DNA of 64,000 nucleotides from Bispira polyomma (Eukaryota): NCBI GenBank assembly GCA_965649765.1, contig OZ287754.1, positions 18,600,001 to 18,664,000 of the forward strand, read 5' to 3'. Shown piece by piece: positions 21,976 to 34,607 of this stretch (position 1 is its first letter; each line of letters starts with the position of its first letter). The notes under the pieces were generated by a model. It saw only the letters and a program-made list of their open reading frames with translations, ran no database searches and was not told where the DNA came from. The position numbers and the translations under genes were made by a program.

Positions 21976-24900
21976 ATGAATAAACTTGTGCAGCTGCTTC
22001 TTGGATTTTTGTGGTCACAACAAGGTAAATGATCAAAACTAGAAGCTGTAAAGTAAAGGAGGGGGTGTCTCTACGTGTATTTGGCCTCATAAATACAATG
22101 AAAAACTCTTTTTTTGGTTAAATTGGCCAAATATAATATTCATAACATTCATAACAGTTAAAATAATTTCACATGGACTTGAAAATAGAAGAGCTTGTGA
22201 TTATTGAAAGGTTATTTCATTAAACTATTGATACAAAAGAAACTTTCTGTATTTTAGGCCTCAGAGACCTCTCTCCTTTTTATTTCATATAAGCACAACC
22301 TTGTGATAACAAAAACAGACTATTTCTTAGTGTGTAAAAAAGTGTACAAATATAGTGTTGGTGTGCATGTCAAAATGACAAGAAAAATAAAATCCATCAT
22401 ATTGACCACTTTTGGATTAAACATAGAAGTATTTCCAATCATTACTAAGAATTAATTTTACATGAACTTAAAAATATAACATCGTATGATTATTGAATGG
22501 GAATTTTATTAAAACATATGATAAAGATAAACTGTTATTTGGACCAAAACAGAGACATCCCTTTTCTTAACTGAGCTTTGGAATGTTACAATATGGTGCT
22601 CTGTAAAGTTTATAAGCCTGAAGAAAGCTCTGTGAATGACCCCCTAACTTCTACGTCAGCATTTAAATCTCATTTAACAAAGACAACAAAGCTACCACTG
22701 TGGTATATTCCCAGCATTGGAACATAAAATTTGCATCGATATCGGCATTACGTTTCATGGGCAATATCGGGATATATATCGCAAAATGCCATACATATAT
22801 GTCCTAAAAGTACATATAATGAAACATATTGTTTATAAAATAAATAAAGACAGACCTTTTTTCTGTCCTATTCTGCATATTAGTAAATATTCCAAGTGTT
22901 TTTCATCAAATTATTGAGCTCTTGTATACTGAACTTCCTGTTCTACCTATTGACAGATATGGGGAGTGTAATGGACTATTTTGTGTTTCAGCATTGGCTG
23001 ACCAAACCACTGAATGTGTGACCCATTCGTGTACCAAAACACCATGTGACCTTCCTTGGAACCACCTGCCCTGTAAACAGTTCTATCCTGATGCAGTGTG
23101 CGAGTAAGTAGGTGTACATCTCAATTTCCAGATGTTCTACAAATTTTCGATAGTTTAAGAGAGCTCTTCCTATTTAGGTTCAAAATTGTTTTTAATCAAC
23201 ACATTTATCTATCTTTGAATGGTATTCATATCAGCATCAGACTATGTCATTCCCATAACTGAAGACAGAGGCTTGAGTATTTATCAATCTCCTCAAGTTC
23301 TTTAGCCTGCCACTGGGGTTAGGACCCAATGGCAGAAGACCACAATTTTTAAGTGACCAGTCGAACCACTACGTATTTGCTTAAACCTGTGACTGGAAGA
23401 TAACCATTTTTCAGCATCTTCTTTAGCCTGCCATTGGGGATAGGTCCAAACGACAGAAGACTGATATTTTATGTGATTATCTGAGCCACTATATTTCAGC
23501 TTCTATGTGTGTGCTCAAAGACTAGATCAAACCCAGGGGCTCCATGATCCAAAGGGAGTGTGTTACCCATTAGGCCACAGTGGCTTTTTGTATAACCCAG
23601 AATTCAGGGTGAATTTAGGTTGATGGTTGATAGATTACATTGAAATTTTCATTATGCAGGAACAAAAAGAGGGCCAAAATATCCATATATATATATGACA
23701 TCAACTTAAAAAAAGTGGAATTTTGTTTGTCAAAATAATTAACTGCTTATACTGTATATAGTGGTGAAAGAATGAAAAAAATGATTAAAACCGATCTGTT
23801 GAACTTAATAATTCAATATGGTGAGAGTGAGAAATTTGGTGTAGCCAAGGTTTTACCTCCAATTCTTGTGTAAGGCTTTTATGTTGCTTGTTTGAGGGTA
23901 TAATAATTGTTAATGTTAAAATACTTTATTTCACATATATATATTGCTGCTGATGAGAGTTTTAAATAAGGGCTGCAATTATTATTTTCTCATAATGACA
24001 TTCTGGTAAAAAAAGTTAATCAGAGGTCGTAACTAACAAGTTATCAACAAAAGTAAACGTTATGCAATACAAGTTTCTTTGTTTGTTTAAATCCAAAGGT
24101 TTGATGCTGATATAGATGCTAATATGCAATATATAACAAATTTAAATAAAAAATACTTGTTTTACAGAAATAATTACTGCAATGGATGTCATGCCATTTG
24201 GAAGACTCCAAAAGGAAAAGTCATCAAGTGCGATCCTTGTGGTTTGTAGTTTAATACCTCATTCAGTGCTCATTTTGATAATTTTGGCCACTATTTTCCA
24301 TGTCCTGGTGATTAGAAAGTCTTCGGTTTGACTACCATTTGGGGAAGTTGGTTTGGCAATCAAAAGATCATTAGTGGGATAACACCTCTGGGCAAGATGT
24401 GCAGATGACATTGCCTACTGATAAGAACCATGGCGGTGTTGTCGAATTATCCCTTTCAGAGAACGGGCACCTCAGAGAATGATATATCATGACAGTGCTA
24501 TTCATAAATTTAATTTCTATTACTCCAGATTAGTTATTCTTTGAAAAATTTAACAAAATAGAATTTCCAACTCTTATAAAAATCCCCAATATGACCAGTC
24601 CTATTACGTTTTTCATAATTATTTTAATTTATCCCTTTTTAACAAAATATCACAGAGACAGAGAGGGGCAGCCAATAAAGTAAACTCTCATACACTAACC
24701 TGGCCACTATGGTTCACTGCTTCAGGTCTGCTGCTTGTATGATACACAAGGGGCATAACTGTCTACAAACTATTGATTAGTCACAACCTACTATGTGTAG
24801 ATTGTGTAGTTGTGAATACACCTCAACTGCTGATATACAACAGCAAATGCTGAGATTCGATGCCTTCTACAAAATGACGCTCGACATAATTTGATTTGTG

Positions 24901-27900
24901 CAGTACAACTACCATGATCCAATGCTGTGCTTGACCTTTTATAGATCTTGTAGGCTATATGTGGTTGGGGTTTGCCAAACCCTAGTTTTACCACACTTCT
25001 CCCCCTCATGAACGGCCACCTTGACAGCTGCTAGACTCTAAATTACTTTAAAGTTCATAAATTTACATTATTTTAGCTACTTACCTTGGCTTACTTTAAA
25101 CCTTAATTTACACTTACTTTTTACTTTACATTGTCCATAGATGATATAAAACTTCACCGGGGTGATTACAATTTGAAATAAAAATAGGTGTCTTATACAT
25201 TACATTGTATATAGATGTTATTAACTTCACCAGGGTGATTACATACCTTCGTCTTCTCTAATCTAGGCTGCACGTTACATGTTTTCCACAATTACAACAT
25301 CTACCCCATGATTGAGCTGGTGTAATCCCTACTCACCCTGGTTGCCAATAACACAGTACCATACTTGTTAAGTCGGTGCCGCTCCCTACCCCCTAAAGAT
25401 AGACTCTTCACCCCAGTGAGTAAAGCTTTTTGGCATTCTCAGAAGTAACCTTGAGAACCTCCTCAACTGTACTCTGCTTTAACTGCACTTCCCTCTTGCT
25501 ATTATCTCCATCCAATAGCAAGTGTTGTTGGAACAGCCATAGTATTCTGGGGCTTGCAGATACAGGGAATCTGTTTCCAGGAGTATTCTTTCCAAGGGCA
25601 GTTCCTGTACTAACTTATCTACTTCGGGCGTATTGTGATGCATGCAGTAGTAACCCTGTAAATCCAAACAATACCCCCCCTTTGAAAATTTTCCAGCCAA
25701 TCCCCACCGTACACAAATTTGGTATTGCAATAAATTTTATTATTTCTTTTGCATTCTCAAGCTTTCCCATGCGAGCTAGGTATGTTTGATTGCTTCAGGG
25801 ATCCATGTGATCCAAATATTGTAAAAAAACCGGATTGTGGGAGGAAAAGCAAGAAAGCTGTGTGTATGTAAGTATATCAACAGAATATAGTGCATATTGT
25901 ATATTTACACAGTTAATTTTAGGTTTACGAAATACAAAATACTCTTCTTTGTGTAAATACCAAATACATCTTGTATACATTGAATTTTTCAGTAGGAATT
26001 ATTATTATTAAAAAAAAAAAAAAACAACGTAAAAACGGCCAATAGAAAAATTAATTCTAGTGAATTTTGTAAAATAAGTAAATCGGTGAAATTTTCTTTG
26101 AGATAAAATTTCCATAAATTATTATAGTTCATTTTTATGTATTTAATATATCTTTAATATATCTACTGATGATGCCACAGGTTATGTAGTAGGACTGTCT
26201 CTTTCGGAGGATCAGCATCTTAGTGATAACATATCAAGAGGACCCAATATAAATGCTAAAAAAAATAATAGTGGTAAACCAGATATTTATAGGCTTTTGT
26301 TCATTTTAGTCCTAATTTATGTGATGGTTGCAATGCTGTATGGGTAGACAAGAAGGGACGTCAACTCCCCCAGAGCTGTAGTAAGTATACTTTATGCTGG
26401 TTTATATGAATGAAGGCTAGCTTGTACTCTGACATCAGTTTTTTAACAATCACAGTAAAATATCCCTTCAGTATATATTGTTGTAACGTTTCCCCAAGTA
26501 ACAGGTCAAGGTCAGAGGTCAAGAACACAGGTATGTATACACAGGATGCGGTAAAATATTTATTGTTAGACTAAGATGTTAGACTACTATGTACAAGGAA
26601 AACTTAAGGTCACCATAACTAATTTTAATATTACAGAAGTAAGTGACTTAAGGCCACCTACAATAAATATTTTATTTAATTTACTAATTTTTATAATTTA
26701 GTAAGGTCACCTTACCTTTAGGAAAAGTCATTGTCCATATTACATTGATACAGCCCTGTGGGCAGTTTCGCAAGGTGACCTTAGAGTCCAAATGAAGTTA
26801 CGATAACCTGTGAATTCATGATAAAGTTTAAGTAGAACTGCACTATAGGCAGATATATATTTAACAGTGTTAATAACAGCACTGTAAGCATAGCCTTAAA
26901 GTGCTACATTTACAGTTAAATTACTGGGTTTATGACTATCAGGTTACGTAATTACAGTTCAGTTACTGATTTTATTAAATACTAACAAGTTACATAATTA
27001 CAGCTAAGTTACTGAGTTTGCTAAGAAATTACGTAATTACAGTTAAGTTACTGAGTTTACGACTAGCAAGTTATGTAATTTATGAAGTGAGCTTTAGAAG
27101 TATCTACATATACTTTAAGTCATAAGTGAATTAGCTGAATAAGTTACAGCTGTAAAAACATTTACATATGACAATCAGCCAAGCCCCAAAGGTAGGGGTA
27201 GGAGCAAAAAACTTAAGGAAGGGGAGAGACTGTAAGTTGACGCTTGAAAGTGTCAGCTACTTGGTTACCGGCATCAACAGTGTCGGTGACATACCGCCAC
27301 ACGCAATCCTAGGTCCAGGTGCCATGGTTTTGTATGTTTTGTATGCTGACATTATTATTAAAGGCAAAAGTGGCACCTGAACGACGAAAAGCGTGCAGGG
27401 TAAGTCCAGACTCTTTAAGATTCAGTCTGGCAAGAATACCTGTGAAATGACGACGTACCTTAGTGTCGGTTAGAGGTACCCACTTGTGATTGACTTTTAC
27501 TTGGAATAGAGGATGGTTAACATCAGCAGGTGAAATAGCCATAATGTCCTCAAGTGACTTCACAGGGCAAAGGGGGGAACCCATCAGACGAGGAATGGTG
27601 ATTAATTTTATTTGTTTATTATTCTGCATGGTTTTTGACGATTTGATGAAAAGTACAGCCTTATCAGGATGAAACATAACGTCCCCACGTGCTAGATGTT
27701 GTAAAGGAGAAAAAAGGTGGACAGCATGGGGAACAAGGTTGGAAAGGCGTAAGAAGGAAAAGAAGCTAACTAGGTATACAGCTCGAAATACCAATCCCAT
27801 GTAAGTGGTGAGTGAAAGTGTTACAATCTTTTCCAAGGTAGGAATATCTATATTTTTTTTCAGTTTAACCTGGAGAGGGGCCGACATCTGGACAGCCTTT

Positions 27901-30900
27901 TGATAGTAAGTAATTCGTGGGTCACTGAAGGCCAGAATGGGGACATTATTGACAATAGACTTAGCCTTGATAGCAGAAAGATAATTGGCCATCAAAGCAG
28001 GTTTTACAGAGTTAAAGTTTAATAATTCTAAGAAAGCAAGGCGGTCAAACACAGTCACCTGATCCACTGGAAGATCCATAAAGGCAGCATAGGCATGGTA
28101 TACCCTATACATTGAGTTGTAGGATCTGTCAGTAGATCTACAGAAAGCCAGGTGTAATTTGGCAGTGGCATGTCTGTATAGTGACTGCTGAACCGGGTTG
28201 CTCTCTGTAAACACATAAGACTACAAGGAAGATACTACTGCTATATTCTTTATATTTTTTCATCTAATTCAAGGTGATCATTTGTAACATTGCACTACTG
28301 AGTTGGACCTGCAAGTTCATATAAACGAATATAATTTTGCTTACAGCAGTAGAGTTGTCTTCACGTAAGATATGTATTACTTTTAACTGCACATCATATT
28401 GGCTGGCTGTCATGAAATTATTTCTAGAATATAAAGCTAGAGTTTCATCTCGTGTTCTACCATGTGTAAGAACACTAACCACAGCCTGGTTGTCACACTT
28501 TATCAGTATTGCACGACCTTTCCATTGCACACCCCACAACCTGAGAGCTACCAATATATTAAACATTTCTAAGGAAGCAATATTCATCTGTTGCATATCA
28601 AAGGTACAGATAGGGTGTATACTTGATTGTCATAAATACCTCCCATACCAGTAAGGCAGGCATCTAACTCTATAATAGCAGTGATGGGTTTGTGTTGAAA
28701 AAAGAACACCCCATTGAATTTACTAAGAAAGGTTCTAAACCAATTGAGATCTTTGATGAATTCAGTGGTAATTTTGATTGATTTATTCTTATGGTTGCTT
28801 CTGAGGAGGTGGAGCATCCTATTGAGAAAGAATCTGGAGTATTTCACACATTTTGAAATATATAACAAAGAACCTAGTAAACACTGCAGTTCACGTTTAG
28901 TACAGAATTTTTTGTTTGCCCAGCTATCACAAATGGTGTGGATATTTAGTAATTTTTCCTCTGGTATGGAGGTGGTAAACTCCACAGTGTCTATGACAAT
29001 ACCCAGACAGGTCACCCGTGTAGCAGGGGGAACCAGTTTGCTCTTACTCAAAGTCAGACCGAGTTCGGTTAATAGAGCCTGCAATCTATTGTAGGTTTTA
29101 TATATTTTTGTAGGTACTGAGCAGCAAAGGAGATCATCGATGTAGTTCGTAATCTGATGACCTTCACCTTGCATTATATACCTTATTCCATCCAAAATTC
29201 GCTGGAAGATGGCCGAACCATGCTTATAACCGAACGGAAGCGAACCGTCGATGTAGTAACCATCCCAGTACAGTCCCAGCAAATTAATATCTCTTGGATC
29301 TATAGTCACGTGTCTAAAAGTGCGACTTATATCCACTTTAAAGATTAAAGAACCTTTTCCCATGACAAGTACCTGCTCAGTGATTGTGTCACTCGAAGGG
29401 TAGGTAAGTATAAATTCCTTTCCTAAGTACGTGGTAGGACACACAGCTGCATTAACCGAATGTCCGAGAGGCCAGCTTAGGTCAATGATAACTCGTCGGT
29501 TAACAGAACTCGACTTGTCCCTGGTCATGAAAGGAGAGGTATGTACTTCATCAATAGGGGAATTGCAAATGGGCCATACATTGCTCCAAATTTACATTCC
29601 TCTTTTGAATAATAAGTCACATGATCCGGATATTGGTTAGCTGAAGAATGGTTATCGAGGTCAGAGTGGAACACGTGTTCCTCGTCACAGTCAAGGGGGA
29701 AACCATATTTTATAAGTAAAGGGAGTTCTCAATCCCAATACCCAGTCAAGTATTTCTCCCACTCTGGGGCATTCAATTGTGTAATCACGGGTATTTGTAA
29801 TCCCCTATAGTTTGGGCGCCCATCTTGCTTAAGTCGCTTATGTAGGGTGAACACGTCCATAGTAACCTTATTATGTGATTCTTTTGAATGGGTCCACCCC
29901 ACGAGCTAGGTGGAATAAAACCAAATTTTCCGTTATGTTGAATATCCCACAACTTGTAGGTATCAAAGTCTTTAGCGTTATTTAAACGCTGTCTTTTATC
30001 GGGACATTTGTACACTTCTAAAGCATATTTGTCGTCGCAAATATTCACCTGAGTGTTTCTTGTACGTTTTTGCTTATTTGGAAGTTTTTGACAAGATTTG
30101 CTATAAGCCACGGGGGCAGAGACAATAGTTTCTACTGCCTGCACACTAGGGGAGTCTAATAATGCAAATCTATTGTGAATGGGTAATTGGAATTCACTTT
30201 GTTTGTTGACACCTTGTGCCAGGTCACTTGATTTCACATTCAGGGACAAAGAGCCCCCCCCCCCCCCCCTTTTGGGGGAGGGGCTTTTTGACACCTAATG
30301 TCTGCCCCGGCTTTGGTAGCCTGTGACACTTTGTTAGTCCTGCTAACAATAGAGCCCAATTTTGTTCTGTTGGCACAGAAGTTTCCATTGTGCGAGCTGG
30401 GAGAAAGTAAAGGCTTATTCAAACATTTGATTTCTGCACCCTTTGTTTTACCGAAAGTTCTTGTTTTGACTTCCAAAAGAAAACCCTGCCTTTCACTAAT
30501 CCCAACATCGCTCACAGGAACTTTTTGTTTTGTTTTGTCAGAAACACCTTTTCCCAACACCATGTCCCTGTAAGACCTTTTTGACACACTTGACACATGA
30601 CTAAAACATACCTTTTTACACAGATTAAAATCAGTAAATGCAGAATTATACACGATTCTCGAATAGACCTTTTTCAACTTTTTTCTCTCAGCCACTGCAT
30701 TACTGCAGTGGCCCCTTAGTTTTTTACATTCTTTTTAGTGCACAGTTTAGTCTGGTGGCCCCCTTCACAATTCTCACAGACATGCTTGAATGACTGACCA
30801 GAAGTACGGTGACTTGCATTGAACTTGCATGTGCCTTCTTGAAAGAACCTGCCGTTCACGCCTTGGCTTTTTAGCTGTATCTTACTCTTAGAGGCACTAT

Positions 30901-33326
30901 TTGACTTATTCGAACCAGATCCACTGGCACCTGAAGTGATATGCCATTGGGCGTGAGCCCGACGTATGCGGTCAATCTTATCAACTTCTGTTCATTTCAG
31001 ATGATCGAGTTCCATATTCGTTAAGAGAATTGCGTGTGAGGCCTTGGCTGCTTCCCATGAAAAATCTTGAGCATCAACCATAAGATTTGCCAGATACTCG
31101 AGCATCGCCTCTCGCACGGCCGGGACCTTTTGTTCTTGTACACAACGTATGAAACCGTATGTAATTTGACTAGAGATAAGTCATCATAAGTGGGTCTGGT
31201 CTTATTGGGTCCAGAAAGAACGAAATTTTGAGGCCAATCTACTGCCCTTTTTATAGGTGCATCAACACCCCCCACATTGAGATTTAATTTTACCTCCTGC
31301 CCACTCGTTTAAATTGCTGCAACTGCAGTAGGCACTGATCCACCTGAGACTGAAGGTTTTCATTCGATCTAAGAAAATCTAGAGAGGGGACTACTGCCTC
31401 GACGGCTGGCTCAGAAACATTACTGGCAACATTTTTACTTAATTCACTAGCAACACTATGGGCGACACTGGTACTAGCAGTACTGGCTACAGTAACATTT
31501 GACAAATTACTACGTGCCTTATTGGCGATGGGTGAGAACAGCGCCGCCTCTGTAACCTGTACACGTTGGTCAATGCTATCCATTTTCTCGTTGAGAGACT
31601 GAAGTTGCTGTAATATCAGAGTTGACACTGTATCCGACATCTCAGGGGTAGTAGCATGGCCAACGGTGGTTACTTCATTGGCGACGCCATGCCCCAACAC
31701 ATAACGACATTTCTTTCCCACTGGCCGTTCATGTTTGCCCCTGCATGCACTGCACTGAAACTCCTTCTTAGACATCATGCACTTTGAATTAAAATCCGTT
31801 AAAAACAAGAGGTAGGGTAGAAGCCCCACTTGTAAAAACACTCTTGTTAGGTGTATTCTCAAAGTATTAATGATGGCGCTTGTTCGGCGCCAAAGCCTTT
31901 TATATCTGCCCCCCTGACCCCTGGTGGCCTAAATGCGACCCCCAGTGACCTGGTACCAGAAATGAGGGGGCTGACTGCGAGGCGTCAGCCCACCACAACC
32001 TTTGATGATGGTTCCTTGTAAATAATATTAAGACTAAAAAACCTGTAGTTATCACATTGTATTATAGGAATAAGAAAATACAAACAGGTGTTTTATGGGC
32101 ATTTTAAATGGCCGATGGGGTGGGTGTAACCCATAGGATTGAGTGCATTTATTCAAACCCAGAGATTGTTTAAAATCAGCATAGAAAAAGAGTTTAACTA
32201 ATTTATTCCTGTTCTAAAATGACACCATGATTATGTAAATATGTCATGGCTGTTCCATCATATAAACATAAACGACCACTAAGTTTTAAAAACAAAAGCC
32301 ATTAAAAATACCGAACTGTCAATTAAGTGTTCAAAATCAAGGGGTAAATGATTTATGAAAATATGGTGAGAAAGCTTATTTTATTGCAATTACTGTGCTT
32401 TTTGTTTATTAAAATCCCTTCAGAAATGGATGAGATATTTAGGTTTAAATACGGAAGTGTGTCAAGGGTGATTATTAGAAGAACATAAACAACCAATTTT
32501 AACTGTGCATTATACTACAGGTTTTATGCCGACTTAAAACATTGCGCAAAAGATGTGCTTATGGGCCGACCATTATAGAATCTGCAATAATGCTTGTCGC
32601 AGTATTAATATAATTATTTTGGTATACATAGTAGGTTAAACTGTATAAACAGTATGAGGGTGCTAAAACATAACTGTAGTTATTTTACTTTAGATTGGTA
32701 AAACATGCGTGACCGGTGTATTCACCTCATCATAACTGGTAGGCCCAACCATCATGGTTTATGACGGGTTTTTAAAAAAAAAGACAACCATAGTCTACCC
32801 TAGTACCCCTGTAATTCCTGACTGGTTACACCTTGTTAATCCTCCTTGGCTGCAAGATGCTGTTGGTAAACCTTGTGAGTCGGTTACCTTGGCGACGCAA
32901 TGGGAAAGTAGTTATTCCACATCGTTTAAAAACCCTGCCTCTACAAAACAGAATACTGGGAAACCCTCGCTTACTCTTCGCAACTATCATTTACTTTGGC
33001 ATAGCTTCCCCATTTGTTGACCCTTTAAACCCCTCAAACCAAACCAATCAATCAATCATTCAGTATCAAAGTGCTTACCCTCCATACAAGTAGATTCTGA
33101 GGTGAATCTTTTGAATGCTGATGTATGCCTATATATTTCTTGTGTATTTTCAGATTGTATTGACTGTTTTAGCAAGTGGACTGTAAAAATTAAGAAAGAT
33201 ATATGCAAGGATTGTACTTGTGGTGACCTCCGTGATAAAGGCAAAAAGTTTGCGAAGAAAGTCTGCAAAAGGAACAAGAGTGTCAAAAAGATGTGCTGTG
33301 ATACTTGTATGTGGGCAAAATCATAG
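21976..33326 (+). CDS. Secreted Cys-rich protein, copy 2 (complete, 194 aa, 26 Cys)
   Basis: Exons 21976-22024, 22992-23103, 24168-24241, 25762-25867, 26310-26380, 33154-33326 total 585 nt, all GT-AG and in frame: MNKLVQLLLGFLWSQQALA-DQTTECVTHSCTKTPC...CCDTCMWAKS*. Confidence 0.88.
24677..25693 (-). mobile_element. 3' fragment of an LTR retrotransposon carrying a TatD-like ORF, in intron 3 of copy 2
   Basis: Absent from copies 1 and 3; flanked by cagccaat on both sides; PPT gagggggagaag followed by TGT at ~24995; TATAAAA in the putative LTR. Confidence 0.65.
25408..25700 (-). pseudogene. TatD-family nuclease C-terminal fragment
   Basis: LFGFTG..VQELPLERILLETDSLYL..LKQSTVEEVLKVTSENAKKLY, frameshifted. 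Confidence 0.8.
26909..27080. repeat. ~40-bp tandem repeat (ttacgtaattacagttaagttactgagttt...)
   Basis: About 4 degenerate units. Confidence 0.75.
27213..28204 (-). pseudogene. Tyrosine recombinase of element 1
   Basis: FLRLSN, KSSKT, LCPV, HAFRRSGAT, HGTWT*DCVWRY; one premature stop at 27309-27311. Confidence 0.92.
28264..29960 (-). pseudogene. RT-RNase H of element 1
   Basis: GFPLD, RRVIIDLS, KVDISRTFR, LPFG, YIDD, ELDACLTG, IKCDN; frameshifts. Confidence 0.92.
30691..30725 (-). promoter_or_regulatory. Putative -1 ribosomal frameshift signal (element 1)
   Basis: A AAA AAC, 6-nt spacer, 9-bp hairpin gccactgca-gtaa-tgcagtggc; the -1 frame is the linker ORF. Confidence 0.7.
30716..31778 (-). 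pseudogene. gag/ORF1 of element 1
   Basis: N-terminal CSACRGKH..C; WPQNFVLSG; DRIRRAHAQ; C-terminal Cys/His motif; frameshifts. Confidence 0.85.
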
Positions 33327-34350
33327 ATTTTACAGTACATCTAGAAACAGGAACAAAAATAATTACTTAATTGCAATTTAAAAATAAAAAATTGCAATTT
33401 AAAAATAAAAATTATCACAGCAGCCAACAGGATAATTTAATCATACAAATCCTTCCCGAGATGGTTATGTTTTTGCCTGTGTTTGTTAGTTTGTTTATTG
33501 TTTGTCACAAGGATTACACAAAAGTACTGCACCAGTTTACATTAAATTAGTTAAGAGATGAGGATTTGGCCCAGAAAGAATCTATTAAATTTGTTGTGGA
33601 GCCGAATAGAAGTTTGCATCCAGTATTTATATAGGTACTGAACCATAAAGAGTTTTGTAAATTTGTAAACTTAATTTTAAACTGTATTTTTATAAAATAC
33701 AAACTCACCCATTGGAACTGTATGCTTAATGGTTGCTTGAAAAGGGAAGATCTACATCTCCCGTTTTTGACCAACCCTGATGCTGTCGGTAGAACCGACC
33801 ACACAAGGTTTCACATCACCTTATGCAAGTATCTGCTTAATCGTCATTATTTTGCTGGTCAAACAGCCTTCTTATACCTCTTAGTGGAAATTGACTTACA
33901 GGGTAAGGAGGGAGGTCTATACTAGTTTTGGTGGATGAGTATATATTTTATAAAATTCAATATAAAATAAAATTGACAATTTTATTGGACTACATGTACT
34001 CACCCATTGGATCTGTATGCTGAATACACCATCGTGGAGGTGGGTAAAAAGGCACTAAGGTACCCAGATGGCCTCTATGTTGAAATATAAATGAGATTAG
34101 CATGATCTAAGCATTGTAAGTACAAGGAAAAATGGCATAGTTAGTAAAGTATCAAAGAGGACGAAAGAGAAGCATCTGATTTGAAGTGACGTGTACTGTA
34201 TAAAATTGTTTTTCCATACATAGCATTTCCGATTAAAATTTTTTTTTGGTATAACAAATAGAATCAAATTAGACGCTACTATTATGTACTGCAAAATACA
34301 AGTACTCACTGTAAGTACGTTACCACTTATAGAGAAGCCTTCCAGTTGGA

Positions 34351-34607
34351 TTTGAATTTGAATTTGGATATATAACGTCCACTCTAGTACCTTTTAGTAG
34401 GTTATATTGGGACGGGTAGTTGGAAACGCTGGAGGAAACACTGCATACAGTCAGTCAAGGTTCTGCAAAGAAACCAGCGGCCCATAGTAAGGAACTACCA
34501 CCTTTCCCACATAGGCATCAACGAGATTCGAACTCACGCCGCACAGAGGTAAGAGACCAGTGATTGTGAAGTGCAATGCTTGCCAACCACTAGGCCACCA
34601 TGGCCCC
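34351..34607 (-). mobile_element. Young tRNA-headed SINE
   Basis: A-box tggcctagtgg, B-box gttcgaatc, (ttcaaa)n tail; ~14-bp TSD gc(c/t)ttccagttgga; near-identical to 62373-62617. Confidence 0.9.

Larger units (their letters stand above)
26488..31994 (-). mobile_element. Tyrosine-recombinase retrotransposon 1 (Ngaro/DIRS-like), full length, in intron 5 of copy 2
   Basis: gag, linker, RT/RNase H, YR; empty site gttgtaacaacc at ~7975 in copy 1; junctions share AC; no TSD. Confidence 0.93.

Noticed and set aside
26481-31998. TG...CA LTR-type ends for element 1
   Set aside because: These bases are present in the empty site; no TSD and no LTR pair.
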